Notes under the pieces: model-generated
Told to the model about the DNA's origin: nothing
What the model saw: only the letters and a program-made list of their open reading frames with translations
The model's database searches: none
Source of the DNA: Malacoraja senta
Lineage: Eukaryota
DNA length: 64,000 bases
Assembly (NCBI GenBank): GCA_038087875.1
Contig: JAXLNO010000618.1
Span: 124,001 to 188,000, forward strand
Direction of reading: 5' to 3'
Shown here: positions 21,101 to 31,495 of the stretch, piece after piece
How positions within the stretch are numbered: the first letter of the stretch is position 1
How the letters are laid out: the number at the start of each line of letters is the position of its first letter
Translations under genes and position numbers: made by a program

Positions 21101-21917
21101 AGCTGATTGTAACCAAGAAATAGAAACTTGTGTGAATGTTTACAGTCTCTAACTGATGGCTACTGAGGCAAGTTGTGGCTCTCTGATCTTTGTGAGTAAG
21201 GTTAATTAATCTGGGGAAAAAAAGACACAATGTGCTGGAGTAACTCAACGGGTCAGGCGGAATCTCTGGAGAACATGGATAGGTGAGGTTTTGGATCTTG
21301 ACCCTACTTCAGACTAAAGGGCTGCGACCCGAAATATCACCTGCCTAACCTGCTGAGTTTCTCCAACACTTTGTGTCTTTTATTGGTAAACTCTCATCTG
21401 CAGTACCTTGTGTCTCAGTGAATCTGGATCACAAGTTAAACTCAAGACTTCTGATCTAAATTAGTCAGTGTGGTTAATGCCTGGTCTTTGGGGGAGCTTT
21501 TGAATGATGTCCATTTATTCTACAAATGCGAACTCTGTGTTTATTATTTTGACAGGGAATTATACTTTTATATACATCATTGTTGGAATTATCGGGAGTC
21601 TGGCTGTTCTCATCGTCATTATACTGGCAGTGGTGTGGTGTCAAAGAAAGCGCAAGCCTACAGGTAAAGTACATGAAGACATCCTTAATGCAGCACAGAT
21701 TCCCCAAATTATCAATGACAATGTTATCATTGTTACAAGGAGAAAAGAACAATATATTTTGGATAAGAAAAGTATCTGTTTGTGCATATGTTGTTGAGAA
21801 ATTGATTTCAGACTTTTTGTGTTCAATTAAAGCATTATTTATGCAATGTGGATTGTCTACCTACCTGCGTTGCCATGAGGAGTCTGCTGTATGATTTCAG
21901 GTGCTGTTCTGCAATGA
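3058..21917 (+). CDS. Multi-exon type I membrane receptor with eight Ig domains, (V*-C2-V-C2)x2, CD4/LAG-3-like; copy 1, about 887 aa
   Basis: Eleven exons join with GT-AG boundaries, all phase 1, with no internal stop (97+342+270+342+261+345+273+339+270+108+17 = 2664 nt). Signal peptide, Ig motifs, a hydrophobic TM helix and a basic stop-transfer motif are present. The family assignment rests on V-C2-V-C2 order and WxC F-strand motifs and is less certain than the exon structure. Confidence 0.82.
3246..3785 (+). repeat. 60-bp minisatellite, 9 copies
   Basis: Unit ccattccacatccctgtatgtgttgctgcctcacaaatccacgccatccttcctggacct; explains ORFs 3200-3952, 3240-3767 and 3320-3790. Confidence 0.95.
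3790..4150 (+). mobile_element. Old L2-type LINE reverse transcriptase fragment
   Basis: Degenerate TDTVLIKV...[12 protein letters not shown]...GGTAL resembles L2 TETALxKV...LSAAFDTVDH...GTAL; frameshifted; duplicate near 59320-59690. Confidence 0.6.
4352..4693 (+). CDS. Ig domain 1 exon (V-like, no cysteines)
   Basis: Acceptor gcaacag|, donor AAAG|GTGAGT, phase 1/1. Contains DIVLNG, WEW and WAGIFTL at the B, C and F strand positions; homologous to domain 5. Confidence 0.88.
5300..7250 (+). mobile_element. 5'-truncated Rex1/Babar-type LINE in the D1-D2 intron
   Basis: RT motifs [35 protein letters not shown](D)[12 protein letters not shown] and FADDT, with stops and frameshifts. Confidence 0.88.
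7276..7545 (+). CDS. Ig domain 2 exon (C2)
   Basis: Acceptor tttttcacag|, donor AACG|GTGAGT; VTLSC...LHW...LYVC. Confidence 0.92.
8601..8942 (+). CDS. Ig domain 3 exon (V)
   Basis: Acceptor ctgatacag|, donor AAAG|GTACGA; LVC...WTW...DAGVYAC...DLITVK. Confidence 0.92.
9021..9281 (+). CDS. Ig domain 4 exon (C2 with WxC)
   Basis: Acceptor gtttccacag|, donor CGTG|GTAAGT; VTLTC...LVW...NWRC. Confidence 0.92.
10290..10634 (+). CDS. Ig domain 5 exon (V-like, no cysteines; paralogue of domain 1)
   Basis: Acceptor ttcctacag|, donor AAAG|GTAATA; shares MYF, EWxPHSG, PTFKxAGxFT, QTE and FGxK with domain 1. Confidence 0.88.
11240..11627 (+). repeat. 53-bp G-rich minisatellite, 7 full copies plus a partial
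   Basis: Unit ctaccaggaagtgttgatgtgggagacgagggggcgagggggacaggtggtca with a 53-nt period. Confidence 0.95.
11752..12024 (+). CDS. Ig domain 6 exon (C2; paralogue of domain 2, F-strand Cys replaced by Trp)
   Basis: Acceptor gtttccacag|, donor CAGG|GTGAGT; [13 protein letters not shown]...LYTW. Confidence 0.9.
12355..13040 (-). mobile_element. Rex1/Babar-type LINE 3' fragment
   Basis: Minus ORF 12665-12988 ([15 protein letters not shown]...[14 protein letters not shown]) resembles the C-terminus of the 5300-7250 element. Confidence 0.75.
13150..13553 (+). mobile_element. CR1 LINE fragment
   Basis: Matches the ORF2 C-terminal region of the long CR1 copies (ctggtgagaccacacctggagtattg). Confidence 0.85.
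13664..14002 (+). CDS. Ig domain 7 exon (V; paralogue of domain 3; not in the supplied ORF track)
   Basis: Acceptor ctctcttgcag|, donor ACAG|GTAGGA. Hand translation is open: [35 protein letters not shown]...DAGVYTC...ELITVT. Confidence 0.9.
14810..15079 (+). CDS. Ig domain 8 exon (C2 with WxC; paralogue of domain 4)
   Basis: Acceptor tttccacag|, donor AACA|GTAAGT; ITLTC...LVW...KWTC. Confidence 0.92.
15695..15995 (+). mobile_element. tRNA-derived SINE (HE1-like)
   Basis: Head ggtggcgcggtggtag...ccgggttcaatcc; tail gggcctgtttccgcgctgtatctctaaactaaac. Confidence 0.8.
16639..19476 (+). mobile_element. 5'-truncated CR1 LINE in the D8-TM intron
   Basis: Endonuclease (GITETWL, GVVYRPP, MGDFN) and RT ([17 protein letters not shown]) motifs, frameshifted; tttctatg tail. 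Confidence 0.95.
19595..19903 (-). mobile_element. tRNA-derived SINE (HE1-like)
   Basis: Reverse complement of the SINE at 15695. Confidence 0.8.
21556..21663 (+). CDS. Transmembrane exon ([35 protein letters not shown])
   Basis: Acceptor ttattttgacag|, donor ACAG|GTAAAG, phase 1/1; about 23 hydrophobic residues followed by C-QRKRK. Confidence 0.9.
21901..21917 (+). CDS. Probable last coding exon (GAVLQ-stop)
   Basis: Acceptor atgatttcag|, phase matches the TM exon, followed 50 nt later by AATAAA; alternative tails are possible. Confidence 0.55.
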
Positions 21918-21966
21918 TCTGACCACGTGGTGATTGTGGCACCATCCCCTGTGTAAACCATTATCA

Positions 21967-21972
21967 AATAAA
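21967..21972 (+). terminator. Candidate polyadenylation signal
   Basis: AATAAA 50 nt after the predicted stop codon. Confidence 0.45.
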
Positions 21973-23139
21973 CATGCCAGAAGATGAAGTATAGCTAGTG
22001 TAGTCATGTAGAAAATATGGTCTCCAATTTGCCCTCAACATGTTCCTATTTACTGAGGGATGAAGATTGGCCAGGAAACCAGGAGACCAAGGTATCTCCA
22101 CTGCACTTTGGTGATTCACGTTCCAAAATCTATTGTGTCCCAAGAGGCCAGAAGGGGCCTCAGTTAAACAAATAATCTTTAATCTGGTGAGGCCAATGCT
22201 CCAACAATCCCACATGGCAACAGAGTGTTAGGCTCAACTGTGTGTTCAAATTTGGGGTTGTGCCTGCGGGTTTATTCTGTGTTGTTGAACAAACTGATCA
22301 GACGGGTATCGGGCTAGTACAACAGTTCATCAAGGTCACTGACACATGGAATACTCAATTCTTAAAGCTTCCCTTATATTTATATAAATCAACATTTTTT
22401 TCCCATTAAAAAAATAAACCATTCCAATAACTGATCATTAGAAATATAAAATTACACGTTGAATATATTAACTGTGTGTACAATTATAAATTCAGTTGCT
22501 CCTTTACTTGTCATCTTGACTTGTGAAAACTCTGCAGTGCAAAGATGCATTTGTCCACTCTCCAGATATTTTCAACTCTGCTAGATACCTCCACATGTTG
22601 GCCTTACCTCATTCATGGTCTCCTGTGCCTTCCCACCCATGTTCTGTCCAGCAATGGCTCTATTGTGGAATCCTTACCGTAACTCAAATCCATGCTCATC
22701 CTGTACCTCATATTCTCCATCACCATCTTCTTGGGCATCCTGTCCATGTAACACATGATCTATCCATGTAATTTGACTTCTGTCACCCATTCCCATCATT
22801 GCACCACCATTTTATTCACAATATTTTTCCTGAACTGAATCCGAATTCTCAGATTATCAAATAGGATTTAAACCTGTGCTTCTGGACTATTAATCTCAAA
22901 GAGTCTTGGATTAATATCCAGTTAACCTATGACAATCCAAAAGTACATCAAAGTAAGCAAACTAAATAATGTACCCATTAACAGGAGTCAGCACAACACA
23001 TTTGAAAGTAAGTTGGAGAGAAACACATCACCAATTCTAAATCTGGTAATGTTGGGAAAAGTTAATTACATATTGTGTTTATCATATTTGTGGAAAACGG
23101 AGTTAATGGAATCTCTATTGTGTTTTGTTCAATGTGTGA

Positions 23140-23365
23140 AATTAAATTGTATGTAAAATCATGAGGGGAATAGATAGGGTGAGTGTGCAGAGTCTTTGAC
23201 CCAGTATAAAGTAATCAAAAACTAGAAGACATAGGTTTAAGTTGAGAGGAACCTGAGTGGCAGCTTTTTCACTCAGATGATGTTGGTTATATGGAACAAG
23301 CTGACAGAGAAGGTCAATGAGGAAGGAACTATAACTGCATTTAAAAGACACTTAGGTAGGTACAT
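23140..23365 (+). mobile_element. CR1-type 3' fragment
   Basis: Degenerate actagaagacataggtttaag...ttttcactcagatg...agacacttaggtaggtacatg. Confidence 0.6.
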
Positions 23366-23369
23366 GAAC

Positions 23370-24268
23370 CACCGGGTGGCGCCGCAATGGCCGCCTCGCC
23401 AACAGTCTGTCTCGTCCTTTTCCTTCTTTGATGTTTTTTAGTATGTGTTAAATGGATGTTTTAGTGTTCTTTAGTTTTATTTTATGTGGGGGGTGGAGGG
23501 AGGTTGGGGGAACCTTTTTAAAATCTCTTACCTCGACGAAGATGCATTTTTTCCGTATCGTATCTCCATCCGCATCCGCACTGTGGCCTAACATCGAGGT
23601 GCTGGCGGCCTCTTGCTGGGGATCGACCTTGGAGCTCCAACCGTGGGAGCCTGCAGGATATAACATCGTGGAGCTGGTGGTCCCTGTCGGGGATCGACCT
23701 TGGATCTCCAACCGTGGAGCCTGCAGGACTTAACATCGTGGAGCAGGTGGTCCCTGTCGGGGATCGACCTTGGAGCTCCAACCATGGGAGCCTGCAGGAT
23801 GTAACATCGTGAAGCACGTGGTCCCTTGGTTAGGGATCGACTTCGGGAACTCCAACCGCGGGAGCCTGCAGGATTTAACATCGTGGAGCTGGTGGTCCCT
23901 TGGTTAGTGATCGACTTCGGGAGCTCCAACCGTGGAGCCTGCAGGATTTAACATCGTGGAGCACGTGGTCCCTTGGTTAGAGATCAACTTCGGGAGCTCC
24001 AAGCCGCAGGAGCTTCGACCGCCCTGACCTGGGGGCTTCAATCGTCAGCTGCGGGAGCTTCTATCACCCCGAATGTGAATGGTTCGACTGCCCTGACCGC
24101 GGGAGAATAAAGAGTGAAGAAGATTAGACTTTATCGCCTTCCGTCACTGTGGTGGATGTTTATATTAACTTTTCTGTAGTTGTGTGTCTTGTTGCTTTTT
24201 CTAGTATGACTATGATAAATTGAGTTTAATTGCACCTTAATTGCTGCACATGACAATAAAATACATTT
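23370..24268 (+). repeat. Unclassified retroposon 3' region with internal about 59-bp tandem repeats
   Basis: Repeated gatcgacc..ggagctccaaccgtgggagcctgcaggat..aacatcgtggagc units at 23620-24000; ends catgacaataaaat...ttgaatct; related tail at 38050-38210. Confidence 0.55.
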
Positions 24269-24300
24269 GAATCTTTGGAGAAGAAAGGTTAAGGTCATGG

Positions 24301-24527
24301 TGTAGCGCCGCCTGATGGCGCACGTAGATATCGAACCCGGCGTTGGGAAGCCGCGGTCACGTGACTCGGGAGGGGCTGCTGTTTTCGTGCGGTTTCGTTT
24401 TGGCGCCACAGTTGTTTTGCTGACCACCGTTGTGATCAGACGTGTATGCAGAGACCTGTTTGCTAAGGAGCGAGTGTTCAATAAAAACCGTTCAGAAAAC
24501 ATAGTCGTCGTTTCTGCATCCGCTAAA
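24301..24527 (+). mobile_element. Solo LTR with 4-bp target site duplication
   Basis: Termini TGTAGCG...CGCTAAA (one mismatch from CGCTACA), internal AATAAA, ATGG on both sides (24297-24300 and 24528-24531). Confidence 0.7.
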
Positions 24528-27500
24528 ATGGGTGAATTGCAGGCACATGGGACAAGCTTGGATGGGGCAACTTGGATGGTATAGACTAGTTGAGCCAAAG
24601 GAGATGGTTCTGTGCTGTATGACTCTATGACTCTTTGACTTTATAAAAAGGTGAAAACAATTTAAATTGTGCCCTCTCTCTGAACAGGTTTGGGCAATCA
24701 AAGACAGACAGCTCCACCATCAAAAAGAAACACAGAAAGTGAATCTCAACTTTAAGGCAACCTTGAAGAAATTCAGCAGAAGACAGGTGTAGTGGCCATT
24801 TGGCCTGTTTTGCATTTCACTGATGATGGCATGTGCCTTTAAATTTTAGACTGCCCGTTGTATTGTGGGTTGGATTTATGGCGTGTTTTGGGGCATGTTT
24901 GGAACTTAGATGCTTGCGCAGAAGTCTAGTTTTTAGATTAGTTTGGAGAGACGATGGAGAAGGTCAATCCTTCGACCATGTCAATGTTACGGAGACACGA
25001 GGAGTTTTGTAATGTTTAAAGTTGCAAGTTGGAATTGAAGGAAGATTGCAGTAACGAGTCGGAAGAAACTTGGATGTATCTTGCTGTTTACCATCAACAA
25101 TAAAGCATTTATTCAACAAAAGACTGTGTGTTGAAGCTTTATGAGTGAAGAGGCTCTGAAGGTCTCTGAGGAAGCTTGCATGCGTATCGAAGATATTCCC
25201 CTTATCCATTCTCATCCAAATAGCGGCTAGAGAATTTGTTTCTCAAAAGATAAGAAAAATCTGCCGTTACAATAAGTCGAAGGGTACCTCCGGCAGGGGG
25301 GTTAAATACTAGTCCCAGAGAGTGGGACAGAAGATTAAATCGAAGGGAACCTCCGGCAGGGGGGTTAAATACTAGAAAGGGACATTGAGGGTGGTCTTTG
25401 ACTGTGCTGCAGTCTTTAAAGGTACATCGCTTAACGGTGAACTACTGCAAGGTCCAGACCTTACCAACTCACTCATTGGAGTTCTCATCAAATTTAGGCA
25501 AGAACCGATTGCTTTAATGGCTGACATCAGATCGATGTTTCATCAAGTGAAAGTAGCTGGTGAACATATTGATTACCTGCGATTCTTATGGTGGCCTGAA
25601 GGGCATGTGCAGCAAGATCTTGTTGATTACCGGATGAAAGTACATCTCTTTGGAGCAGTGTCATCTCCAAGTTGTGCGAACTTCGCTTTAAGGAAGACCA
25701 CAGAGGATAATAAAGATTATTTCCCAGAGGAGGTAATTTCCACTTTGAAAAATAATTTCTACGTGGACGATTGCCTAAAATCCATATCTACTGAGCAGAA
25801 AGCAATTCAAATGGTAAAACACCTGCCCTCTCTCTGCAATATGGGAGGATTTGTACTTTCCAAGTGGATCAGCAACAATCGTGTTGTATTGGAAAGCATT
25901 CCACCAGATGACAGAGCTGAAGAAACCAAGGAGATGGATTTAGTTATAGACAATTTGCCAATAGAAAGGGCACTGGGACTGCACTGGTGCGTGGAAACAG
26001 ATGTGTTTAAGTTTAAATTGTCGATTCAGGAGCGACCATGTACAAGAAGGGGTATCTTTTCTGTGATTGGCTCAGTATACAACCCTTTGGGATTTCTTGC
26101 ACCATTTACACTGCCAGCCAAGTTAATTTTACAAAACCTTTGTAAGGAAAAACTTGGATGGGATGAGAGTATAACTCAAACATCCTCGCACCGTTGGCCA
26201 GAATGGTTAACGGACTCCATAAAATTTCAAAGTTTAAGGTGGATCGGTGCATAAAGCCTAAAAACTTTGGTAAGATCAGAAGTGCACAATTGCATCATTT
26301 TTCGGATGTCAGTGAAAGTGGTTACAGGACTGTTTCATATTAAAGACTGCAAAATGTTAGCAAAAGAGTGCATGTTGCATTCTTAATGAGAAAAGCCAGA
26401 GTGGCACCACTGAAACAAATGACGATTCCCAGAATGGAACTTACAGCAGCAGTCTTAGCTGTTAAAATTGACATAATGCTGCAAAAGGAACTACAATTTC
26501 AACTGGAAGAATCTTTCTTCTGGACCGATAGCACTACGGTTCTGAAATACATCAATAATGAAAACAAACGCTTATGACATTTGTAGCAAATAGAGTCTCC
26601 TTTGTATTGGGAGCTACTAATGTTTCTCAATGGAGATATGTTAGCACCAAAGAAAATCCTGCGGATGAAGCCTCTGGAGGACTAACAGCAAATTGTTTTC
26701 TAAACAACAGGAGATGGATCAATGTGCCCAAGTTTCTTTGTGAACAAAGCAGAGAATGGCCAAAGCTTGAACTCGGATTTGAAATCTCTGTAAATGATCC
26801 GGAAATTAAACATAACATTTCGGTGAAAGTGATTGCTAAAGACTCATACGACACCGTGAACAATTTAATTACCCACTTTTCATCATGGAATAAATTGATA
26901 ATTTCTTAAGATAAATTGATAATTGTTCTTAAAATAAAAACAAGATTATTGCTGGCGGCTCGGGAAAGGAGACAAATTACAGAGTATCCTGGGAGAGAAT
27001 CCTGATAAACGGAAAGGAGAGATTGAAGGCCAGATGCAAGTTTTTGAAGCTTCATATGACGTACAGGATTTACGTCTTGATGATGTCCTCAAGGCGGAAA
27101 ATGCGATCATCTCTTTCTGTCAAAGACAGAAATACAAAGAAGAAATATTAACATTGGAAGCTGGAGGACAGGGGGTAAAAAGAAACAGTCAATTGTACAA
27201 GCTCGACCCAGTCTGGGAGGAAGGTCTTCTGCGGATGGGTGGTCGCCTAAACAAATTGGCAATGCCCGTAAAAACTAAACATCCTATCATTCTCTTAAAG
27301 GACTTTTACATAACGACATTATTTTTACGACATATTCATGAACAAGTTAGACATGGAGGAAGAAATTATATGTTGTCCCAACTTGGTAACAAATATTGGG
27401 TTATCAAAGCTGATTCTGCAGCATCACGAGGTTCTTGGTTGATGGGAAGAATACTAGAAATCATGCCTCACGTTCGGGGTTTGGTGCGTATGGTACGTCT

Positions 27501-27625
27501 TAAAACAAAAAACTATGTTTTAATAAGACCAATAACCAAGTTGTGTTTGCTTCTAGAAGGCGAAGGTGAAGATGGAAGAGTCGATGAAGGGCCATGATTG
27601 CGGATATATAGTGCATGCTATTTTT

Positions 27626-27700
27626 TCCTCGTTAGTATCGTGTTTAGTATCCCTGCCTGTCACGCGTTAGACCGGGGTTCAATTTGCCGACGAGGAGCCA
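27626..27700 (+). tRNA. tRNA-Asp(GTC) pseudogene with 3' CCA inside the BEL element
   Basis: 72-nt TCCTCGTTAGTATCGTGTTTAGTATCCCTGCCTGTCACGCGTTAGACCGGGGTTCAATTTGCCGACGAGGAG then CCA; anticodon GTC at tRNA positions 34-36; close to vertebrate tRNA-Asp as I recall it, with stem-breaking changes. Confidence 0.85.
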
Positions 27701-28069
27701 CAGGGTTTAATTCCCTGACCTTTTGCTTTTGATATATGTATAGCCTTTATGGCCATTTTTTAAATGTTTATTAGTAATTGCCTCATTAGATACTCGGAAC
27801 AATTAGGAGCCGGTATGTAGTGGCCATTTGGCCTGTTTTGCATGTCACTGATGATGGCATGTGCCTTTAAATTTTAGACTGCCCGTTGTATTGTGGGTGG
27901 GATTTATGACGTGTTTTTAGGCGTGTTTGGAGCTTAGATGCTTGCGCAGAAGTCTAGTTTTTAGATTAGTTTGGAGAGACGATGGAGAAGGTCAATCATT
28001 CGACCATGTCAATGTTACGGAGACACGAGGAGTTTTGTAATGTTTAAAGTTGCAAGTTGGAATTGAAGG

Positions 28070-31000
28070 GACTCAAATAGAGAATGCTATTATACAGTGT
28101 GTGAGGCAGGAGGCAGAGAAGGAAAGCACTCAGACCCAACATGTAGGGTGGAAAGAAGAAAACAATAATAAACAGAGAATAAGAGGTGGTGAGGTTCTTA
28201 AATGGGTGAGCAGAGAAACAGAGGGGTGTAAAATGCGGGCGGAAGCAATAGGTAGCAAGGTGAAAAGTAAAAGTGGCAGGCAGACAAATCCACGGCAAAA
28301 ATCAAAAAGAGTCACTTTTCAACATAATTGTATAAGGGGTAAGAGCGTTGTAAAAACAAGCCTGAAGGCTTTGTGTCTCAATGCAAGGAGCATTCGTAAT
28401 AAGGTGGATGAGTTGAACGTGCAGATAGCAATTAATGATTATGATATAGTTGGGATCACGGAGACATGGCTCCAGGGTGACCAAGGCTGGGAGTTCAACA
28501 TCCAGGGATATTCAATATTTAGGAGGGATAGAGAGAAAGGAAACGGAGGTGGGGTAGCGTTGCTGGTTAGAGAGGAGATTAACGCAGTGGGAAGGAAGGA
28601 CATTAGCTTGCAGGATGTGGAATCGGTATGGGTAGAGCTGCGAAACACTAAGGGGCAGAAAACGCTGGTGGGTGTTGTGTACAGGCCACCTAGCAGTAGT
28701 AGTTAAGTTGGGGATGGCATCAAACAGGAAATTAGAAATGCGTGCAACAAAGGCAAAACAGTTATAATGGGTGACTTCAATCTACATATAGATTGGGTGA
28801 ATCAAATTGGCAGGGGTGCTGAGGAAGAGGATTTCTTGGAATGTATGAGGGATAGTTATCTAAACCAACATGTAGAGGAACCAACGAGAGAGCAAGCTAT
28901 TCTAGACTGGGTATTGAGTAATGAGGAAGGGTTAGTTAGCAGACTTGTTGTGCGTGCCCCCTTGGGCAAGAGTGACCATAATATGGTTGAGTTCTTCATT
29001 AGGATGGAGAGTGACATTGTTAATTCAGAAACAACGGTTCTGAACTTAAAGAAAGGTAACTTTGAGGGTATGAGACGTGAATTGGCCAAGATTGACTGGC
29101 AATTCGTTCTAAAAGGGTTGACGGTGGACATGCAATGGAAGGCATTTAAAGACTGCATGGATGAACTACAAAAATTGTTCATCCCAGTTTGGCAAAAGAA
29201 TAAATCAGGGAAGGTAGTGCATCCGTGGATAACAAGGGAAATCAGGGATAGTATCAAAGCAAAAGATGATGCGTACAAATTAGCCAGAAAAAGCAGCATA
29301 CCAAAGGACTGGGAGAAATTCAGAGACCAGCAGAGGAGGACAAAGGGCTTAATTAGGAAAGGGAAAATAGATTATGAAAGGAAACTGGCAGGGAACATAA
29401 AAACTGACTGCAAAAGTTTTTATAGATATGTGAAGAGAAAGAGATTAGTTAAAACAAATGTAGGTCCCTTGCAGTCAGAAACAGGTGAATTGATCATGGG
29501 GAACAAGGATATGGCGGACCAATTGAATAACTACTTTGGTTCCGTCTTCACTAAGGAAGACATAAATAATCTGCCGGAAATAGCAGGGGGCCGCGGGTCA
29601 AAGGAGATGGAAGAACTGAGTGAAATCCAGGTTAGTCGGGAAGTGGTGTTGGGTAAATTGAATGGATTAAAGGCCGATAAATCACCAGGGCCAGATAGGC
29701 TGCATCCCAGAGTACTTAAGGAAGTAGCTCCAGAAATAGTGGATGCATTAGTGATAATTTTTCAAAACTCTTTGGATTCTGGAGTAGTTCCTGAGGATTG
29801 GAGGGTAGCAAACGTAACCCCACTTTTTAAGAAGGGAGGGAGAGAGAAAACGGGGAATTACAGACCAGTTAGTCTAACATCGGTAGTGGGGAAACTGCTA
29901 GAGTCAGTTATTAAAGATGGGATAGCAGCACATTTGGAAAGTGGTGAAATCATTGGACAAAGTCAGCATGGATTTACGAAAGGTAAATCGTGTCTGACGA
30001 ATCTTATAGAATTTTTCGAGGATGTAACTAGTAGAGTGAATAGGGGAGAACCAGTGGATGTGTTGTATCTGGACTTTCAGAAGGCTTTCGACAAGGTACC
30101 ACATACGAGATTAGGATACAAACTTAAATCACACGGTATTGGGGTTTCAGTATTGATGTGGATAGAGAACTGGCTGGCAAACAGGAAGCAAAGAGTAGGA
30201 GTAAACGGGTCCTTTTCACAATGGCAGGCAGTGACTAGTGGGGTACCGCAAGGCTCAGTGCTGGGACCCCAGCTATTTACAATTTATATTAATGATCTGG
30301 ACGAGGGAATTGAAAGCAACATCTCCAAGTTTGCGGATGACACGAAGCTGGGGGGCAGTGTTAGCTGTGAGGAGGATGCTAGGAGACTGCAAGGTGACTT
30401 GGATAGGCTGGGTGAGTGGGCAAATGTTTGGCAGATGCAGTATAATGTGGATAAATGTGAGGTTATCCACTTTGGTGGCAAAAACGGGAAGGCAGACTAT
30501 TATCTAAATGGTGGCCGATTAGGAAATGGGGAGATGCAGCGAGACCTGGGTGTCATGGTACACCAGTCATTGAAAGTAGGCATGCAGGTGCAGCAGGCAG
30601 TGAAGAAAGCGAATGGTATGTTGGCCTTCATAGCAAGAGGATTTGAGTATAGGAGCAGGGAGGTTCTACTGCAGTTGTACAGGGCCTTGGTGAGACCACA
30701 CCTGGAGTATTGCGTACAGTTTTGGTCTCCAAATCTGAGGAAGGACATTATAGCCATAGAGGGAGTGCAGAGAAGGTTCACCAGACTGATTCCTGGGATG
30801 TCAGGACTTTCATATGAAGAAAGACTGGATAGACTTGGCTTATACTCGCTAGAATTTAGGAGATTGAGAGGGGATCTTATATAAACGTACAAAATTCTTA
30901 TGGGGTTGGACAGGCTAGATGCAGGAAGATTGTTCCCGATGTTGGGGAAGTCCAGGACAAGGGGTCACAGCTTAAGGATAAGGGGGAAAACCTTTAAGAC

Positions 31001-31270
31001 CGAGATGAGGAAAAACGTTTTCACACAGAGAGTGGTGAATCTCTGGAACTCTCTGCCACAGATGGTAGTTGAGGCCAGTTCATTGGCTATATTTAAGAGG
31101 GAGTTAGATGTGGCCCTTGTGGCTAAAGGGATCAGGGGGTATGGAGAGAAGGCAGGTATGGGATACTGAGTTGGATGATCAGCCATGATCATATTGAATG
31201 GCGGTGCAGGCTCGAAGAGCCGAATGGCCTACTCCTGCACCTATTTTCTTTGTATCTATGTATCTATGTA
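28070..31270 (+). mobile_element. Near-complete CR1 ORF2 copy inserted in the BEL 3' LTR
   Basis: ORFs 28050-28706 and 28767-30884 are in one frame, broken by TAA at 28704 and 30882; EN and RT motifs; (tatc)tatg tail. Confidence 0.95.
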
Positions 31271-31495
31271 TTGCAGTAACGAGTCGGGAAGAAACTTGGA
31301 TGTATCTTGCTGTTTACCATCAACAATAAAGCATTTATTCAACAAAAGACTGTGTTGAAGCTTTATGAGTGAAGAAGCTCTGAAGGTCACTGAGGAAGCT
31401 TCCATGTGTATCGAAGATATTCCCCTCATCCATTCTCATCCAAATAGCGGCTAGAGAACTCGTTTCTCAAAAGATAAGAAAAATCTGCCGCTACA

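Larger units (their letters stand above)
24788..31495 (+). mobile_element. Internally deleted BEL/Pao LTR retrotransposon
   Basis: 5' LTR 24788-25271 (TGTAG...TTACA). 3' LTR 27816-28069 plus 31270-31495, split by a CR1. Pol motifs [54 protein letters not shown] and RPITKL; gag, protease and integrase core are missing. Confidence 0.92.

Noticed and set aside
28767-30884. 705-aa ORF as a host gene
   Set aside because: CR1 ORF2 endonuclease/reverse transcriptase with premature stops, nearly identical to 16639-19476.
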